From: Licmophora abbreviata
Taxonomy: Eukaryota
Assembly (NCBI GenBank): GCA_900291995.1
Contig: OLMU01003073.1
Span: 1-64,000, forward strand
Length of the DNA stretch: 64,000 nt
Direction of reading: 5' to 3'
Shown here: piece after piece, positions 46,882 through 60,221 of the stretch
Layout: each line of letters starts with the position of its first letter
Position numbering within the stretch: the first letter of the stretch is position 1
Notes under the pieces: generated by a model
What the model was told of the DNA's origin: nothing
Databases searched by the model: none
Seen by the model: the letters and a program-made list of their open reading frames with translations, nothing else
Program-made: the position numbers and the translations under genes

Positions 46882-49685
46882 ATGAGCCGTGTTCGTACCA
46901 AGTCGGAGTCAAGGAGCTCCATTACTATTTTGGTGCTCGGAGATGGTCAGTCAAGCGAGAAAATTACGTTGGAATTCAGGAGGGCAATTCTGAATGTTTG
47001 AAGAATACTGCCACGCTGTCCGGGCTTGTTCGTTTGTTTGTTTCGGGTCGTCCTTTTGAGATATGCATGCAATGTTTTGACTGGGTGGCGTTTGTCAAGA
47101 CAGTTGACCGCTCAAGGCCGAAATCGACTGTTTTCGGTACTCTGCATCGGCCCAGTCGCGCTTTTTTGTTCTGTGACACTCACCTCTGTTGTTCCTCGCT
47201 GCATCTACCTCTTCCTCGTACAGAGGCAGTCGGAAAGTCATCTCTCATCTCTACATTTGTCTCGCGACACTTCTCCGAAGTCGTCCCTGGCATCATGACG
47301 CGCGTTCGATTGCCTCCAGACCCCGAGACTCAATGCCTCACCACACTTGTGGACTCGCAGGGGGGAGACGCGGCGCTGGCGACGAGCGCCGCCGTGATGC
47401 CCATTTCAGAATCGACCGGTTCTCTCTCCAGCTTAATTCCCGCTCAGTCGCAGCAGCAGGACATGTCCTACACATCCACGGGGAGCAGTGGGAGCAGTGC
47501 TGCAAAGCCGGTTGGCATTGACCAAGTCGACAGTATCATCTTGGTGTACGATCTGGACCGGGCCGAGACGTTCTATCGTCTCGAGAACCACTGGTTGCCT
47601 CTTATTGAACGATGCTATAATGGAGAGGTAAGCCGCTTGTGACTCGTCTCGTCGAATAACCATCCAAATTTCTATTACATCGCTCAACACGCAATGCTTT
47701 TCTTGCTCCAACCACAGCTGCCCGTCATTGTGGCAGGAAACAAGATGGATCTGTTTCGTACTGGCATGATGGACGAGCAGGCATTGGCGAGATCCCGACA
47801 GCAGATTGTGTCACTCATGCAGCAATTTCGCTTCATCCGCCAATGCATCAAGTGCAGTGCCAAAAACTTGCTTCGGGTCGACGAAGTCTTCTTGAAGGCG
47901 CAGCAAGCAGTCTTGTACCCCTTTACCCCTCTCTTTGATCTCAATACGGGCCGCCTCTCTGAGAATTGTCGTCGCGCCTTCACGCGTATATTTCGTATGT
48001 TTGACAGGGACAATGACGGACTGCTCAGCAATGCTGAGCTAGACGCCTTCCAGTATCAGACGTTTCGAGTGCCGTTTGTGGAGAGAGACGTTGCGGGATG
48101 GAAAAAGGTCGTGTCTCGCAACAATCCCACCGAAGAAGCAGTGGTGCGGGATGGAAAGTTTACTGTGGCTGGATTCCTTGCCATTTTCGACGTCTTCATC
48201 AGTCAGAATCGTCTCGATCTCCCCTGGAAGGTGTTGAGAAAGTTTGGATATGACAATGATCTAAACCTCGATATTCCCGAAAGCGTCACTTTGCAGTCAG
48301 ACGACACGAGCTGGAAGCTATCGCCTTCGGCGCGAACATTCTTGGCGGCCATATTTCATCAGTTTGATTCGGACAGTGATGGCGTCTTGTCTGCAGAGGA
48401 TATGGCGGCTATCTTTTCTATTGTGCCGGATCCGTCCCTCCCGCCATGGCATCCAGTGCGTGCCCACAACGTGCTCGAAGGCGGTTTCTCGATGCCCAAG
48501 ACGAATGGAACCCCGGATGCATCCGCGCAAGGATCACCTACGCCAGAATCTGCTGAAGCCATGGCATTGTCTCAATCCTTATCGGCAAGTGGAATTACCA
48601 TCTGCAGCGCCACTTCGCTGCCCACTGTAGACATCGGCAGCTTGACACTCGTCTCGAATCCACTCTCATTTCTAGATTGGATGGGCTACTGGCACATGCT
48701 ATCTGCGATATCTCCCAGCGCGGCTCGCGCCGAGCTGTACCGTCTCGGTCATGTGGAGGACCACAAGCGAAAAGAGTCGAAAAAGCGATCGTCCCGGCGA
48801 AAGACTGCCCCGTCGGGTGCCGGTTACTCCTCTGTCATGTTGCCGTCGCAGGAAATACGAGTTTTGGTACTGGGCAGCCGCGGATGTGGCAAAACCGCTT
48901 TGCTTCGAGCGCTGTGCGAAGTAAACGAAACGGAAACGAGCTTTGAATCGAGCCCAATGATAACGACCCCCACCAAGAATCCAGAAACGTCTAGTGCGTA
49001 TGTCAAACTGAAGCGCGAAACAGCACTGAAAGGCGGCAAAGTGGATTCCGACGGAGAAGACTTTGTCGTGCATCTTGTCTTCACGGAAGTTCCGCAGGCT
49101 GATCCAGAGAAAGCGGAAAAGCAGACCAAACAGCTTGCCTCCATGGTGGGGCCTAGCAAGTCGAACAAGACTCGAGCGTTCGATCTTGTGGCGTTTGCGT
49201 TCGATTGTTCTGATGACGAAAGTCTCTCGTACGCCATGGCGATGGAAGATTCTCTGCTGACTGACGATGTATCACGAGTTTATGTAGCAATGAAGACGGA
49301 CTCGAAAGAAAAGGCAGGCTTCTTACTCAAAACCGCGACGGACCATTGCAGCAGCCTAGATCTCGAATCTCCGTACCTCACATCTGCCACAGAAGAAATG
49401 CTCGGAGCAGAGGGCAAAGCAGCCGCAAAAGAGCGACACGAAACGCTGAGTCATCTGGCTCGGTGTGCTCTACGGGAGAACGGCATGTGTCTGCTGAAAT
49501 CGAGACCCCACGCGGAACAGAAGCGAAACGAGGCAGCGAAACGACGAAAGATGATGTGGCTAGGCGGCCTCGTCAGCGTGAGTGTTGCAGTGGCTGTTGG
49601 CTTCGGTGTCCTCTGGGGTGGAGGAAGTGTCGGAAAAGGCGAAAAGAGAGACCACCCGGGTTGGCTTCGGCAACTCTTTATGTGA
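46882..49685 (+). CDS. MIRO: Mitochondrial Rho GTPase Miro (GEM1/RHOT)
   Basis: Exons 46882-46945, 47224-47627 and 47718-49685. ILVLGDEAVGKSSLI, AGNKMD, CSAK, AVLYP, EF-hands DRDNDGLLSNAEL and DSDSDGVLSAED, second P-loop GSRGCGKT, C-terminal TM. Confidence 0.93.
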
Positions 49686-49852
49686 AACGATTTTGAGGAT
49701 TCCTTTCAAATGGCGGGCAGATTTCAGAATCGCGTTCGGTGTAGCTCTGCCCTCATGTCAAGATGAATGGACTACTGTACTAACTAGATCGCAGCTTATA
49801 TCACATTTTTCCTATGTTGAAGGACTGTCCTCTTTGTGTTTCGTACCATGTC

Positions 49853-52800
49853 TTACTCTTCGTCCATGGCAGCGTAGAGAAGCTCTTTTAGTTCCCGAAT
49901 GTCTCGCTGAACATCATCCGTTTTCTCGTAAGACATCTTCTTCAGGTTGAGGAGCTCGTTTCTCATTCCTGCCATCTGATGCGCTGAGTACGCGGCTGCG
50001 GCATTGGCAGCACTGTCTGTGCAGCTTCGCAGCCTCGGACGGAAAAGCCATCGTCTAATTTGCGGAGGTAAGAGGAGGCCACATGTGGCAACTCCGAGAG
50101 CGATCCACATCGGTGCGACGATGAGCCCAGCGATTCTTACTGACCAGATAATGTGAGGTGCTCGGTTGGTTGTGCAGCACCCAACGTACCACATTTTACC
50201 TCTCGCCCCATCTTCTCCACCCTGAACAGCGAGAACAATAACATCCCAGCTGCGTTCCAGGAATACGGAAAACCGTTCTCCTGATGTGGGTTGATAAACT
50301 AAAGATGGTTTCATCGGAGTGTCATCGCCATTCTTCCTCTGTTCGCTCTGTCGTCCTTGGCGCCGACAGAGCGAGCAGGTAGTCCATTCCCAAGTCATGT
50401 AGACAAAATTCATGGTGGGCTCCCAGTATGAGGCCAAGGCGACCTCGTCCACATTCATGTTCGACGCCTCTAGTACCACTGACACAATAATGTTCACAAT
50501 CAATACCACCAGCAGCACGGTGAAAATAACAATCAGTAGTATCGAACCTGAGGACAGAGTTTCATCGTCGCTGGTGTCAACAAGCGGAGCCCCTAAGAGC
50601 AGGTGGTAGACAACGATATAAGAGTCTCGAATGTTGCAAAGCGGCTGGCCTGCAAGCGATTCAAAACATGTGTCCTGCGACGTCGTCAGGTTGAGTGTAT
50701 AGAACATCTGCGCGAAACCGACAACAAGAGTCAATATGACAATCAAGGGCCAAAATAGAAGACTGGCAATCTGTGGCCAAACAGTCGCACAGTGTTAGAC
50801 AATTTGCGCTATGAATTCCAGGACAGTAGCAGTTACTTACCCTTATCGATCCCCCCATGAAGACGGCCATGCCATGACACGATCTTGCAACGTATCCAAC
50901 AACATTGCACCACAGCATCCCCGTCGTTGCCGTTCCTAGCGCAGCAATTAGATCGAGGTCACTCCCCTCACGATTGATGACAGCGGTGGTGGCGATCGCG
51001 AACACCGTCGAAACCAAATCTAGCCAGGCCCAAAGGTTGAGAGCACACTGCGATGTAAACACCGACAAAGACGCCGCAGCGCGCCAGCGACAGACCTGGC
51101 AGAGGAGAACTACGGAGCAAATGCCATAGATAATGGGAGCCCAAACGGAATTGATTTTCACTTTCGACGTGTACTCGTCCATTTGAAATCGAAATGACAC
51201 GATGACAGCGGCCAACAGTGCCCCGTACGACAAAATAAGAAAGCACAAAAACAAACTGGAGACTTCCTCGATCAGCAATCGCTGGACAAAGTCAGCGGAA
51301 CATGCCTGTCGTCGTAGCCACGGCGGGAGATTCTTAAGTCGACGTAAGAATGCCATTGATTCCAAGCGGTGCCTTGGTTGCGGTGATTGCATTACGACAG
51401 AGGTGAAAAACTTCTTGTAGACCTCCCCTAAACCATGTCCTCTGTTGCTCCATGTAGATGAGATAGGTTCTTTCCATGGAAGGTTCTGTACACCCCCAAC
51501 AAGTAAATCAAACGGCAGCAGACCATCGTCATCTCGAATCTGGGCTACACTATCAGTCAGCAACAAAGAAACAACCTCTGGACAAGGCTGTACCCGCTGA
51601 TAATTTCGAAGCGCCATATGAAGAGGTGTTCGTCCTCGGACATCCTGAGCGTTAACTGCCCCAGGATACGATGATTGAATGGCGGAAACAGCCGATATAT
51701 CAGAGGGCATCTCTTCCGCCGCGACATGCAGGGGCAGCTGGTTGGTATCTAGAGTTGGCACCATGGCGGGATTGATGTATTTCCCATTTCTCGCCCTATG
51801 CAACGGAAGATCCCCAGCCCATGACGGCGGCGAATCGTATCCTGGTGTGTACATTCCCAGCAGGAGCTGCAACACACCCAAGCTCGGAAGAGCCTCTTGA
51901 TTCAGTAGCACCGTCATTAGGGGTGTTCTTCCTTCTATATCACGGGCGACCAGGGCGTCCGGACACGCAGCTATGATAACGCGCAACACTTCAGTCCTGT
52001 TAGCCGGCGGTATCCTGACATCATAGCCATCATGGAACGGGTTCTCATCGTCAAATTCACGCCTGACTGCCACGTGCAGTGGATATTGTAGAGACCCGGG
52101 CGCTGCTATCGCTGCCGGGTTCGTCTCCACATCCTCCGCAGACGTTGCAAGCTCAACCTCAACGGAATCTTCCGGTTCTTGACGTATTCGCCGCAGTTTA
52201 CGTTTCCATTGGTCAATTTTTCGTAAGCATACCTTCACATCATCCGGGTAGTGATCAATGAACGACTCTTCCCTGCTTCCCCCATCGTTCACATCGAGAG
52301 ATTCAAGCGCGCTGTTGGCGTTTCTCCGATGCTCTGCCAGACGACTGACTTCGCTTAGCGTCATATTCAAGTGCTCCCCACGGCGCTGTAAAATGCGTTC
52401 TTTCGATTCTATCCGCAGTTTCGGCCCAGCGTGACCCATCAGGAGACGCACGCGCTCCATTGTTAAGTCGAGCTCTTCGTTCTTTAAGAACATTTGTAAT
52501 GGTGTGTATCCCCGCTTGTCCGTCTTAAAGACGGCCTGTGGATATTCGTCGACAAGGAGCTTCATGGTGACTGGATCCGCCGACGATGCAGCAACAATGT
52601 GAAGAGGTAGTCGCCCTCCCTTGTCCACTGTTCGTGCGATGGATGGGTTGCATAGTAGCAGAGCTCGCACCATGAAGTCAGGAGGTGGAAGATCCCCAAG
52701 ACAGCAGACATGTAGTGGCGTCCAACCGCCTTTGTCGGCTAAAGCGGCCAACTGAGGTTGAATCGAGAGCAGATAGAGAGCATTGTGCCAAGCAACGTCG

Positions 52801-53696
52801 TCGGGAGACGTGGCCTCTCCACAGAGATCGTGAAGCGCTAAATTGACCGTGCTGGCCCCACCAGACGCCGCACTGTCAGTAGTAGACTGATCAAGCGAAA
52901 TATGAGTGTTGGTGATTGTAGGCGTTATATCTTGCTCTTTGGGTGACCATGGAAGCCACGATCGATTGTTCTCTGACGAGTCGGACTCGGGAGTGGTCGC
53001 AGGCGAAGCGCGCTCTTCTTGTTGTCGATTCCCTCGTTGCAAACTTTGCTCTCCACTAGAAGCATGAGAATGTCGGTCTTCATTGGCAGTCTCTAGAACC
53101 GAGGGGAGATTCCTTCCAGTATTTATGGTCAATTGTGTCTCGAACGATTTGTCAAGTACTTCCGCGAGACTGTCCGTTGCGTAACCGTGTCCATCGGCGC
53201 TACTTCCATCAATGCTGGAAACATCGTCGGACCGCTGTGTCCTGGGACGACGGCTGCTTTGAAAACTCTCCCATCCAGAGCGGCTACTCTGGTAGGTCGT
53301 CTTTCCAGTGCTGAGGCTGTAGCTGAATGTGTCGTCCAAGTTGCGAGTATGGACGGAACTTCGGGTGTAGGTTTCATCCAGGTTGTTCGTACTGCGAGTG
53401 TTCAAGCTACCCCTCGTATGGCCATCTTCATCAATACTGGAGAAATCTGTGCTGAAAAGACCTTCTGAGGCGTCCGAAAAGCTAACTTCGGCTTGACGCT
53501 GCCGCCTACGCTGCTTGTTCCCGTAGTAGCGACGGGCCTCTTCCGCGCTGAACTGAGTATCGTATTCACCCTCCTTTACATACCGAACAGGCGAAATCGT
53601 GGAGCTTGCGTCTTCTTCTTCGCCTCGACTGACACTCCAAGTGTCAAAGGAAGACTGGGAATACACATTCATGAGATCCGATACCGGAGACGGCAT
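49853..53696 (-). CDS. Ankyrin-repeat TRP-like cation channel (~1257 aa)
   Basis: Intron 50771-50840. Ser-rich N-terminus; ankyrin motifs GWTPLHVC, GRLPLHIV, GYTPLQ, GRTPLHMAL; six TM with NLWAWLD, GFAQMFY, pore helix SYIVVYHLLLG and VLIVNIIVSVV; C-terminal coiled coil. Confidence 0.8.
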
Positions 53697-54501
53697 TGCC
53701 GATTCTAAACTCGGTGGTTGATTTGATCCAGGTTGAATTTAGTCAAGTTCCACTTCGCCTCCTGAATTTTGATATCATAAATCCATTTCTTTCATACAAG
53801 GAGGGACGACAAAAGAAACCTGATACTATATTCAAGGAGGCCCACAAGCGCACAAATTGTTGTCGTATGATGGTCTCGTCAAATGCCTGTCGACGCTTTT
53901 GCTTGGAAACAGGAAAGTCGGCTCAAACTATGGAGGGAAAGGCTATGCGACATACAGGTGTGAAGCTTGGGAGTTCTTCAACGGACGAATTTCACTATCC
54001 GCGCGCGTTTATAGAAAAAAACAGAATCGCAATAACCCCGGATGTACTGGTACCAATAGCCTACAGAACTCTCTCCATCCGACGATCGCGTAATGTTGCG
54101 AGTGCTTCGTTGCAATCGTACCCTTAAACTGAGTGTTGCGTCTTTGACTGGATTGTCTCGAATGGATACAAGTTTTGCTAATGAGTAGATCCACTAGGCT
54201 CATGTTCTTGTTGTATCATAGCGCACTGCATTTCAGTGATGGATTGTCGGATCATCTCTTTCGTCGCAGCTAGCAATCTCTTGGTCTCCCAATTTATACT
54301 CCATAGGTAGCTAATGTAACTGAGTTGTTCTATTTTTGTAGTTCTTTTGAAATGAGGTCCCGCAGGTAGCTTGTGGGACGACGTCGAGACAAGACAATGG
54401 ACGGAACGCACGGTGTTGAAAACACATACTGAAGGCTGTCCTCATAACCATATCGCTCGAATGAAAAACACATTCGTAGTGACACTGTACATGGCATTCA
54501 A

Positions 54502-56161
54502 TTAGCAGACGGAGGAAATAGCGTTTCCAACGTCTTGCATGAACTCCTGTCCCATGAATAGCACGGACGCACCGCCTAGACCACCCAGCGACGCAAAGCC
54601 TCCAGGAACCAGATGTTTCTGATTGCCTTGCAGTCTTTGACGCTGTGTCCATGCCATGGCAGCAGGAATAGCGCCGTAGAGAAGTGGTGAGCCATAGCCA
54701 CCTGCGACAGAGAGGGCTGCGGTAAAGTCTTGGCCGCCAGACAACGCGAGCGCGGCTGTCAGAGGAAGGCCGACTGAGACCATGACGGCAGGAAGAGACA
54801 GTATCTTCGTTGTCTCACTGGTGGATTCTATTTTTTTTGTAGAAGATGACTCCTCTTTCTCAGCACCGAAGAAACTTTCTACTTCCTCTGAAAGTGACAT
54901 GGTAGCACCAATGGTCGATCCAGTTACAGCGGCAACGGAGAAAGCCGTCAAAACTGGTCCCCCGCCAGCAATGCTTGCGTCAATGCCACCACCAATGGTG
55001 GCGAAGCACCACGCAAGGTACATGCACATGGGAACGAAGGAGCCGAGCATAATCGCAATAACGCTCTTGGTGCGATCGTAGTCTAGAATCTTTGTGACGG
55101 ATGGCACGATGTTCTGGAAGACCATGGTCATGAGGATGATAGGTGCGGCCTGGGATATACCTGCCATGACATCGGGTGCTGTGCCGGGTGCCAAAAATGT
55201 CCCGACAGGATCCTGTACACCAGCAAGGCCCGGAAGAAGGAGGGCGCTAAAAGAAATGAAGAGTGCCGTGACTGCCATGGAAGCGATTTCAGAGAGTTTC
55301 TTGCTGCTCTGCGACGACACGAGTCCGGTCAGTGCAGCGGCGACGCACACGGAGAGCATTGTCGGGTCGAGCAAGCCACCGACAAGCCCAGACGCGATCT
55401 GCCCTGCTCTTGTTAAGTCGAAGGACATAACACAGGCGTTGACAAATAGTGATATGAGCGAAATGATTGTTCCCGCTTTGGGTAGGTCAAGATTCACATC
55501 TGCAAATTCTTTGAAGGATGCTGGCACGTCGCTTCCCGATGCTTCGTGCTGCTTGATAGCGACTTCAGCAATAACGAGACCAGAAATAAGGTTCATCACG
55601 TATGCTCCTGTTCAAAAGAGGGAGAGAGAAACATGAGCTACACTGCGTATTGAACCATTCGAACAATAACTATCGAAAAAATGCACGAGCTCCGCGCCAG
55701 GATTTATCGACACAACACTCACCGAGAAAGAGTCCCGACGAGATGGCCATTCCAGGACGTCCAGCCATCTCAGGTAGTACCAGAGCACTCGCACCGACAG
55801 TGTTGCCCGTAATGAGCATGGCTGCAGACAAGACTGGCTGTATCGTGCTCCACAGTGATCCTGCTTCCAAGCTGCTAGACTGTGAGAATTCTGAGAACGG
55901 AGCCGCCGCTGACGCCCGTGACAAGGTTTCGTCTCGTTTCCTCTTTCCAGCGACCTGTTTGTCATTGCCATAGCCCAGAAGCTCGGTCGAAATATCGGAA
56001 TACAGCTGTGTCGAGCCTTTGGCGGGAACTCGGCCTGCTTGACGCCGATCGGAGGGCGCGCGAAACGGAGGTCGTTTCGACGACACGGAAGGCGCAAACG
56101 CTGAAACTGACGGTGACAGGGATGTCGCTAGCGCAAGACTGGTTGCTGCTCGTATTCTCAT
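54502..56161 (-). CDS. Aromatic amino acid permease (TyrP/HAAAP family), plastid-targeted
   Basis: SVSA-FAP presequence; intron 55608-55722; LITGNTVGASALVLP, VFQNIVPS, LGSFVPM, ALSVAGGYG. Confidence 0.85.
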
Positions 56162-56646
56162 TGTTACTCTGTTCGCTTCTACTAAAAATTATGACAAAGT
56201 GTGTGACAACGATAATGGCGCCTTTTGAATGATGAGAGTCGAGTCTGTTCCGGAACTTTCCGAACAAGAATTTTGTGATCAAATTCCGATCTGGTACACC
56301 AGTTGACGTAGAAATCCCTGTAGAAATCAAAGACGCGTGCGTGGCAGCTGGTTGTCACCAACGCACTATGTCTGAAACATTGTTGCGTCACACTTTCTTA
56401 TGGTGTTTCCGACACGCTGTCAAAATGAGTGTCATCGAAATGACGCAACTGTATATTGAATCAGGGCAGTCACGAGTAAATACTTTGCCCTGCTTTGAGC
56501 TCGTGACTCAAAAACTTGTTCTTCAGCGAGTCGAGTGAGTCGAGTCATGTCTTTCAGTCACATCTCCGTGCGCTTTTGTCGCACTCCTTCGCATTTATCA
56601 CATCTAGACAACCATACCATTCACTCATGCTGCTACTACTTGGACC

Positions 56647-57486
56647 ATGAAACAGCAGCGACAGAGAAATCTCACAGTGCCACTTTCCCGTGCCCGGAAA
56701 AACAAGAAAGTTCCGGTCGCCGCCGTCTTTCTTGGCATCACAGGTCTTTTCGGAATTGCTGGGCTGCTGTATTTCGTTTCGCTGCAAAGTCAGGCCAAAC
56801 GAACAGGCCCTGCGGTCAGGAGGTCGTCTGTGGATGAAGCCGTACAGCAGCATCGACAGCAGCAAGAAGTAGCAGAAGTTGCAGAGAATGGGGAGCCGGA
56901 CGTCAAGGAAGAAGCCTATTCTGATGCCGACGAAGAAACGAACGACGCTCCTGGAACGACAACAACAAGTCCTCCAAAGACCGTGGTGTTATCGACAAAG
57001 CTCGGACGGATTCGGATTCAATTGAGACCAGACTTGTCGCTCGAATCCACTCAGTACTTGACAGAGCTTGCGCAGGCTGAAACGTGTTCACGCTGTAATT
57101 TTTATCGCGCCGAAAAGCCTGGTATATTGCAAGGCATTCTGGATCATCCGGATGCTACCACCGCGGTTGTAAAAGGACAATGTCCACCGGAATATGTCGG
57201 TGAAAATCAACCGGCATGTCCGACGTGGGATCCGGAATGTGGCTGCCATGGACCGACCATGACACGAGGAATGGTAGGATGGGCTGGTGGAGCCACCGGG
57301 CCTGATTTTTTTGTTGACATGTATGCACAGCCGGCCAGGTTTTGGGGGCAGCAACACACCGTCTTTGGGCAGATAACGGAAGATGCTTCTTTAGATCTGG
57401 TTGATCGGATATTGGAGTTGCCTGTCACCAACAAAGGAATGAGGCTTCTCAACGAAAAGGTACACTTCACAATAGATTTGGAATGA
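56647..57486 (+). CDS. Cyclophilin-fold (PPIase-like) type II membrane protein
   Basis: N-terminal TM; LSTKLGRIRIQLRPD, FYRAE...LQG, RGMVGWAG, HTVFGQI. Confidence 0.8.
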   Translation: MKQQRQRNLTVPLSRARKNKKVPVAAVFLGITGLFGIAGLLYFVSLQSQAKRTGPAVRRSSVDEAVQQHRQQQEVAEVAENGEPDVKEEAYSDADEETNDAPGTTTTSPPKTVVLSTKLGRIRIQLRPDLSLESTQYLTELAQAETCSRCNFYRAEKPGILQGILDHPDATTAVVKGQCPPEYVGENQPACPTWDPECGCHGPTMTRGMVGWAGGATGPDFFVDMYAQPARFWGQQHTVFGQITEDASLDLVDRILELPVTNKGMRLLNEKVHFTIDLE

Positions 57487-57857
57487 ACTATGGTTAAACA
57501 GCAGGTCTCACTAACTCTAGGAAGCAAGTCTCTCGTCCACCTCTGGCCGACAACTCGACCATGTCCCATGGAGCCATGACAACTTGGCTAAGTAAGACAC
57601 AACGAGCAGAACATATCGTGAAGGCGAATAAGGTCTCTGAAACTTCACAAAGTGGGGAGATTGCGCGCGATCTTTCCGAAGCCGCGCGACATATCAATGT
57701 AATCGTTGCGTCCCGTCCGACACATCCCGAACAAAACTCATCATTCCCAACCACATCGAATCTTTGTTCACCCCGTCGTGTGTAGTCGCGAACTTTCAGG
57801 GACCTCTGGAAGCTTCAAAGGCGGCATCCGAAATATATATACAGAAGTAAGGCAAGA

Positions 57858-58891
57858 ATGCTGTCGTTGCAGGTGAGACGAGCGCCAATCTTGCAGATCA
57901 TGAGTCGCCCGTCGGTGATGCGTGCACTTTCGAGTAGAAGCATCACTGATGATGCTAGCCGCAAGTCACTAGTGTCCTTTCGGGTCAACAAGGAAGCCAA
58001 AGTCGGCACGATCACGTTAGAATCTCCTGAAACTTTCAATTCGCTGACAGTTGAGATGGGACGCGATTTTCAAACTCTCATTGGACAGATTCATCGAGAC
58101 CTCGTGTCTACCGAAAAGGATTCGCTCAACATCAATTCGATTGTTCTGGAGGGAGCGGGGGATGATGCCTTTAGCGCTGGAGGAAATGTCCCGTGGCTAC
58201 GTGGTCTGAAGGATAATCCGGTTTACATCAATGCGGATGCCATGCTTTCGTTCTATCGCTCGTTTCTGTGCATCCGTCAGGTGCCGGTCCCAGTCATTGC
58301 TGCGATTCAAGGACCAGCCATCGGTATGTTGCGTTGAGTCCCCTGCAATCAAATCGACTGTGCTGTTGAAACATCTTGATCTTATCTCGCAGCCTGCGCC
58401 TTGCGTTGATTGTAGGTGCCGGGGCTTGTCTGGCTCTGGCGTGTGACATGCGCGTATCGAGTGGAGGTCCCCGCAAGCTGGGCTTTAATTTCTCGAGGCT
58501 CGGGATTCATTCCGGGATGGGCGGATCCCACCTGTTGATGCGTGCTATGAGCGGCCCATCTGCTCATGTAAACGAAATACTCTTGACAGGTAAAGTGTTG
58601 AGTGGTGAGGAAGCATACAGACTTGGGCTCGTCAATCGTTTGACAGACAACGAGGAAGTCAAGAACGAGGCTCACAAGCTGGCGCAGGAAGTCGCACGAC
58701 AGAATCCACTCGCCATTCGTACCATGATTCTCACTCTACGACAACAACAAGATGAGGGATTGGAAGCGGCGTTGCAACGAGAAGCAGTTACGCAGGCGAT
58801 GTGCTATAACCGCGACGACTGGGGCGAAGGTTTGGATGCCGTGGTGGAAAAGCGAGATCCTGTCTTCGGTGACTATCACGACATACACTGA
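57858..58891 (+). CDS. Enoyl-CoA hydratase/isomerase family protein, mitochondrial
   Basis: Arg/Ser presequence; intron 58324-58415; AFSAGG, PVPVIAAIQGPAIGAGACLALACDMR, LLTGK...EEAYRLGLVN, EGLDAVVEKRDPVF. Confidence 0.9.
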
Positions 58892-59260
58892 AGTTCACCA
58901 GAGTACCATAGATTTATTATGAGGGGACGCTATAAGGCCTAAGGGAAGTATCAGATTCTCTCCCTACAATAGAGGGGCTTAGAGTAGCAGGACAAGTTAG
59001 CTTTTTGATGTGTTCGAGAGATTTGGTCGAAAAGGTTGCAAGATCGCATCTGTGACACGGCTTAGACATTGTGTGTTTATTGATGCGACACGCATGAAAC
59101 ATCGTGCACTTATCTCGCCTCGAGCTCAACACGCCAACAAACGCGATGACACAGTCTGAATGTGATTATCCCAGAGGGTCTACAGTCTGTGGGGAGCACA
59201 TAGAGCAATGGGATCATAGACTTTTCAATTGACAATTGGAGAAAAGAAAGCGATCAGACG

Positions 59261-59734
59261 ATGGAGCCGTCAGCTCCGAAGGCAAATGTCACTCCTCCAC
59301 AGTCGGCACCGGCGGCGCCCACAGCGCCGGGCACCAAAAGTAGCATCAATGGGTCCTCGCCGCCACCCGGCGATGTGAAAGAGAGTGGAGGATTATCATC
59401 GACTGGAACTGAGGAAGATTCTTCCGTGTTGAAAGTGAGGAGAGCCTGGAGATCATTGGCTTCGTCTGTGATTGTCGCGTCACGTGCCGCTGAGAAATAT
59501 AACAAGGCGAAGGCGGCGCAGCAAGAAACAGGTCAGAATGCCGCTGCCTCCGACAGCAAAGATGTGGACGACGCCGTTGTGACGACAATCCAGGCTCGAT
59601 CGGAATTTAGACGATACGTCGACACTGTGGAAGCGAAACTGACAGGAAAAGCGAAAGAAACAGGTATGCTAGAAATTTGGACGCGAACGCAGCCGTCTCT
59701 TGGAAGGAAAAGGAAACGAGCGGAAGACAAATAG
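59261..59734 (+). CDS. Hypothetical protein with C-terminal NLS-like RKRKR
   Basis: 157-aa ORF with a Pro/Ser-rich N-terminus, helical middle and GRKRKR end. No family recognised. Confidence 0.55.
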   Translation: MEPSAPKANVTPPQSAPAAPTAPGTKSSINGSSPPPGDVKESGGLSSTGTEEDSSVLKVRRAWRSLASSVIVASRAAEKYNKAKAAQQETGQNAAASDSKDVDDAVVTTIQARSEFRRYVDTVEAKLTGKAKETGMLEIWTRTQPSLGRKRKRAEDK

Positions 59735-60221
59735 ACAGCATCATGATTTCGCGGTATCATACACGTCCAAAGATGTGGGATCGATCTTGAATTTTGTATC
59801 ATAGTATGCAGATATATTACGAATAGAGAGGCCTAATTTTTAGTGCCTTGCAAGTCGCCGCGAAGGAGCATAGCTTATCGTCAGTTTCGTTAGTACAATG
59901 GGACCGAAGTTGATCGATACTCATTGGCACCGGTAAGCCATTCGAGTTGAATGCTCATAATATAGGCAAAGCTGTGATGGACGGCGGGCGAGCTCTCGTA
60001 CCTGTAACGCAACAGCGGGAATTTGGCGCGAAGAGTGAGCTCGGTGGGAAGTTTTGACTCACGTAGAAAGCTACGCAAGAATCAATACAAAACTCCAAAG
60101 TATGCCGAAAATTGAACCAGCTTGACATTGAGACGCGCGAGACCATGGGGATCACGCAAGGGCGTGCTCGCACCTCATCGATTGAGCTCATAATTTCATT
60201 CATTCAGTCATCTGTGGCAGC

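Noticed and set aside
46608..47223. Long 5' extension of the Miro ORF from 46608
   Set aside because: The P-loop is correctly built from exon 46882-46945 in another frame. The extension is UTR and intron read-through.
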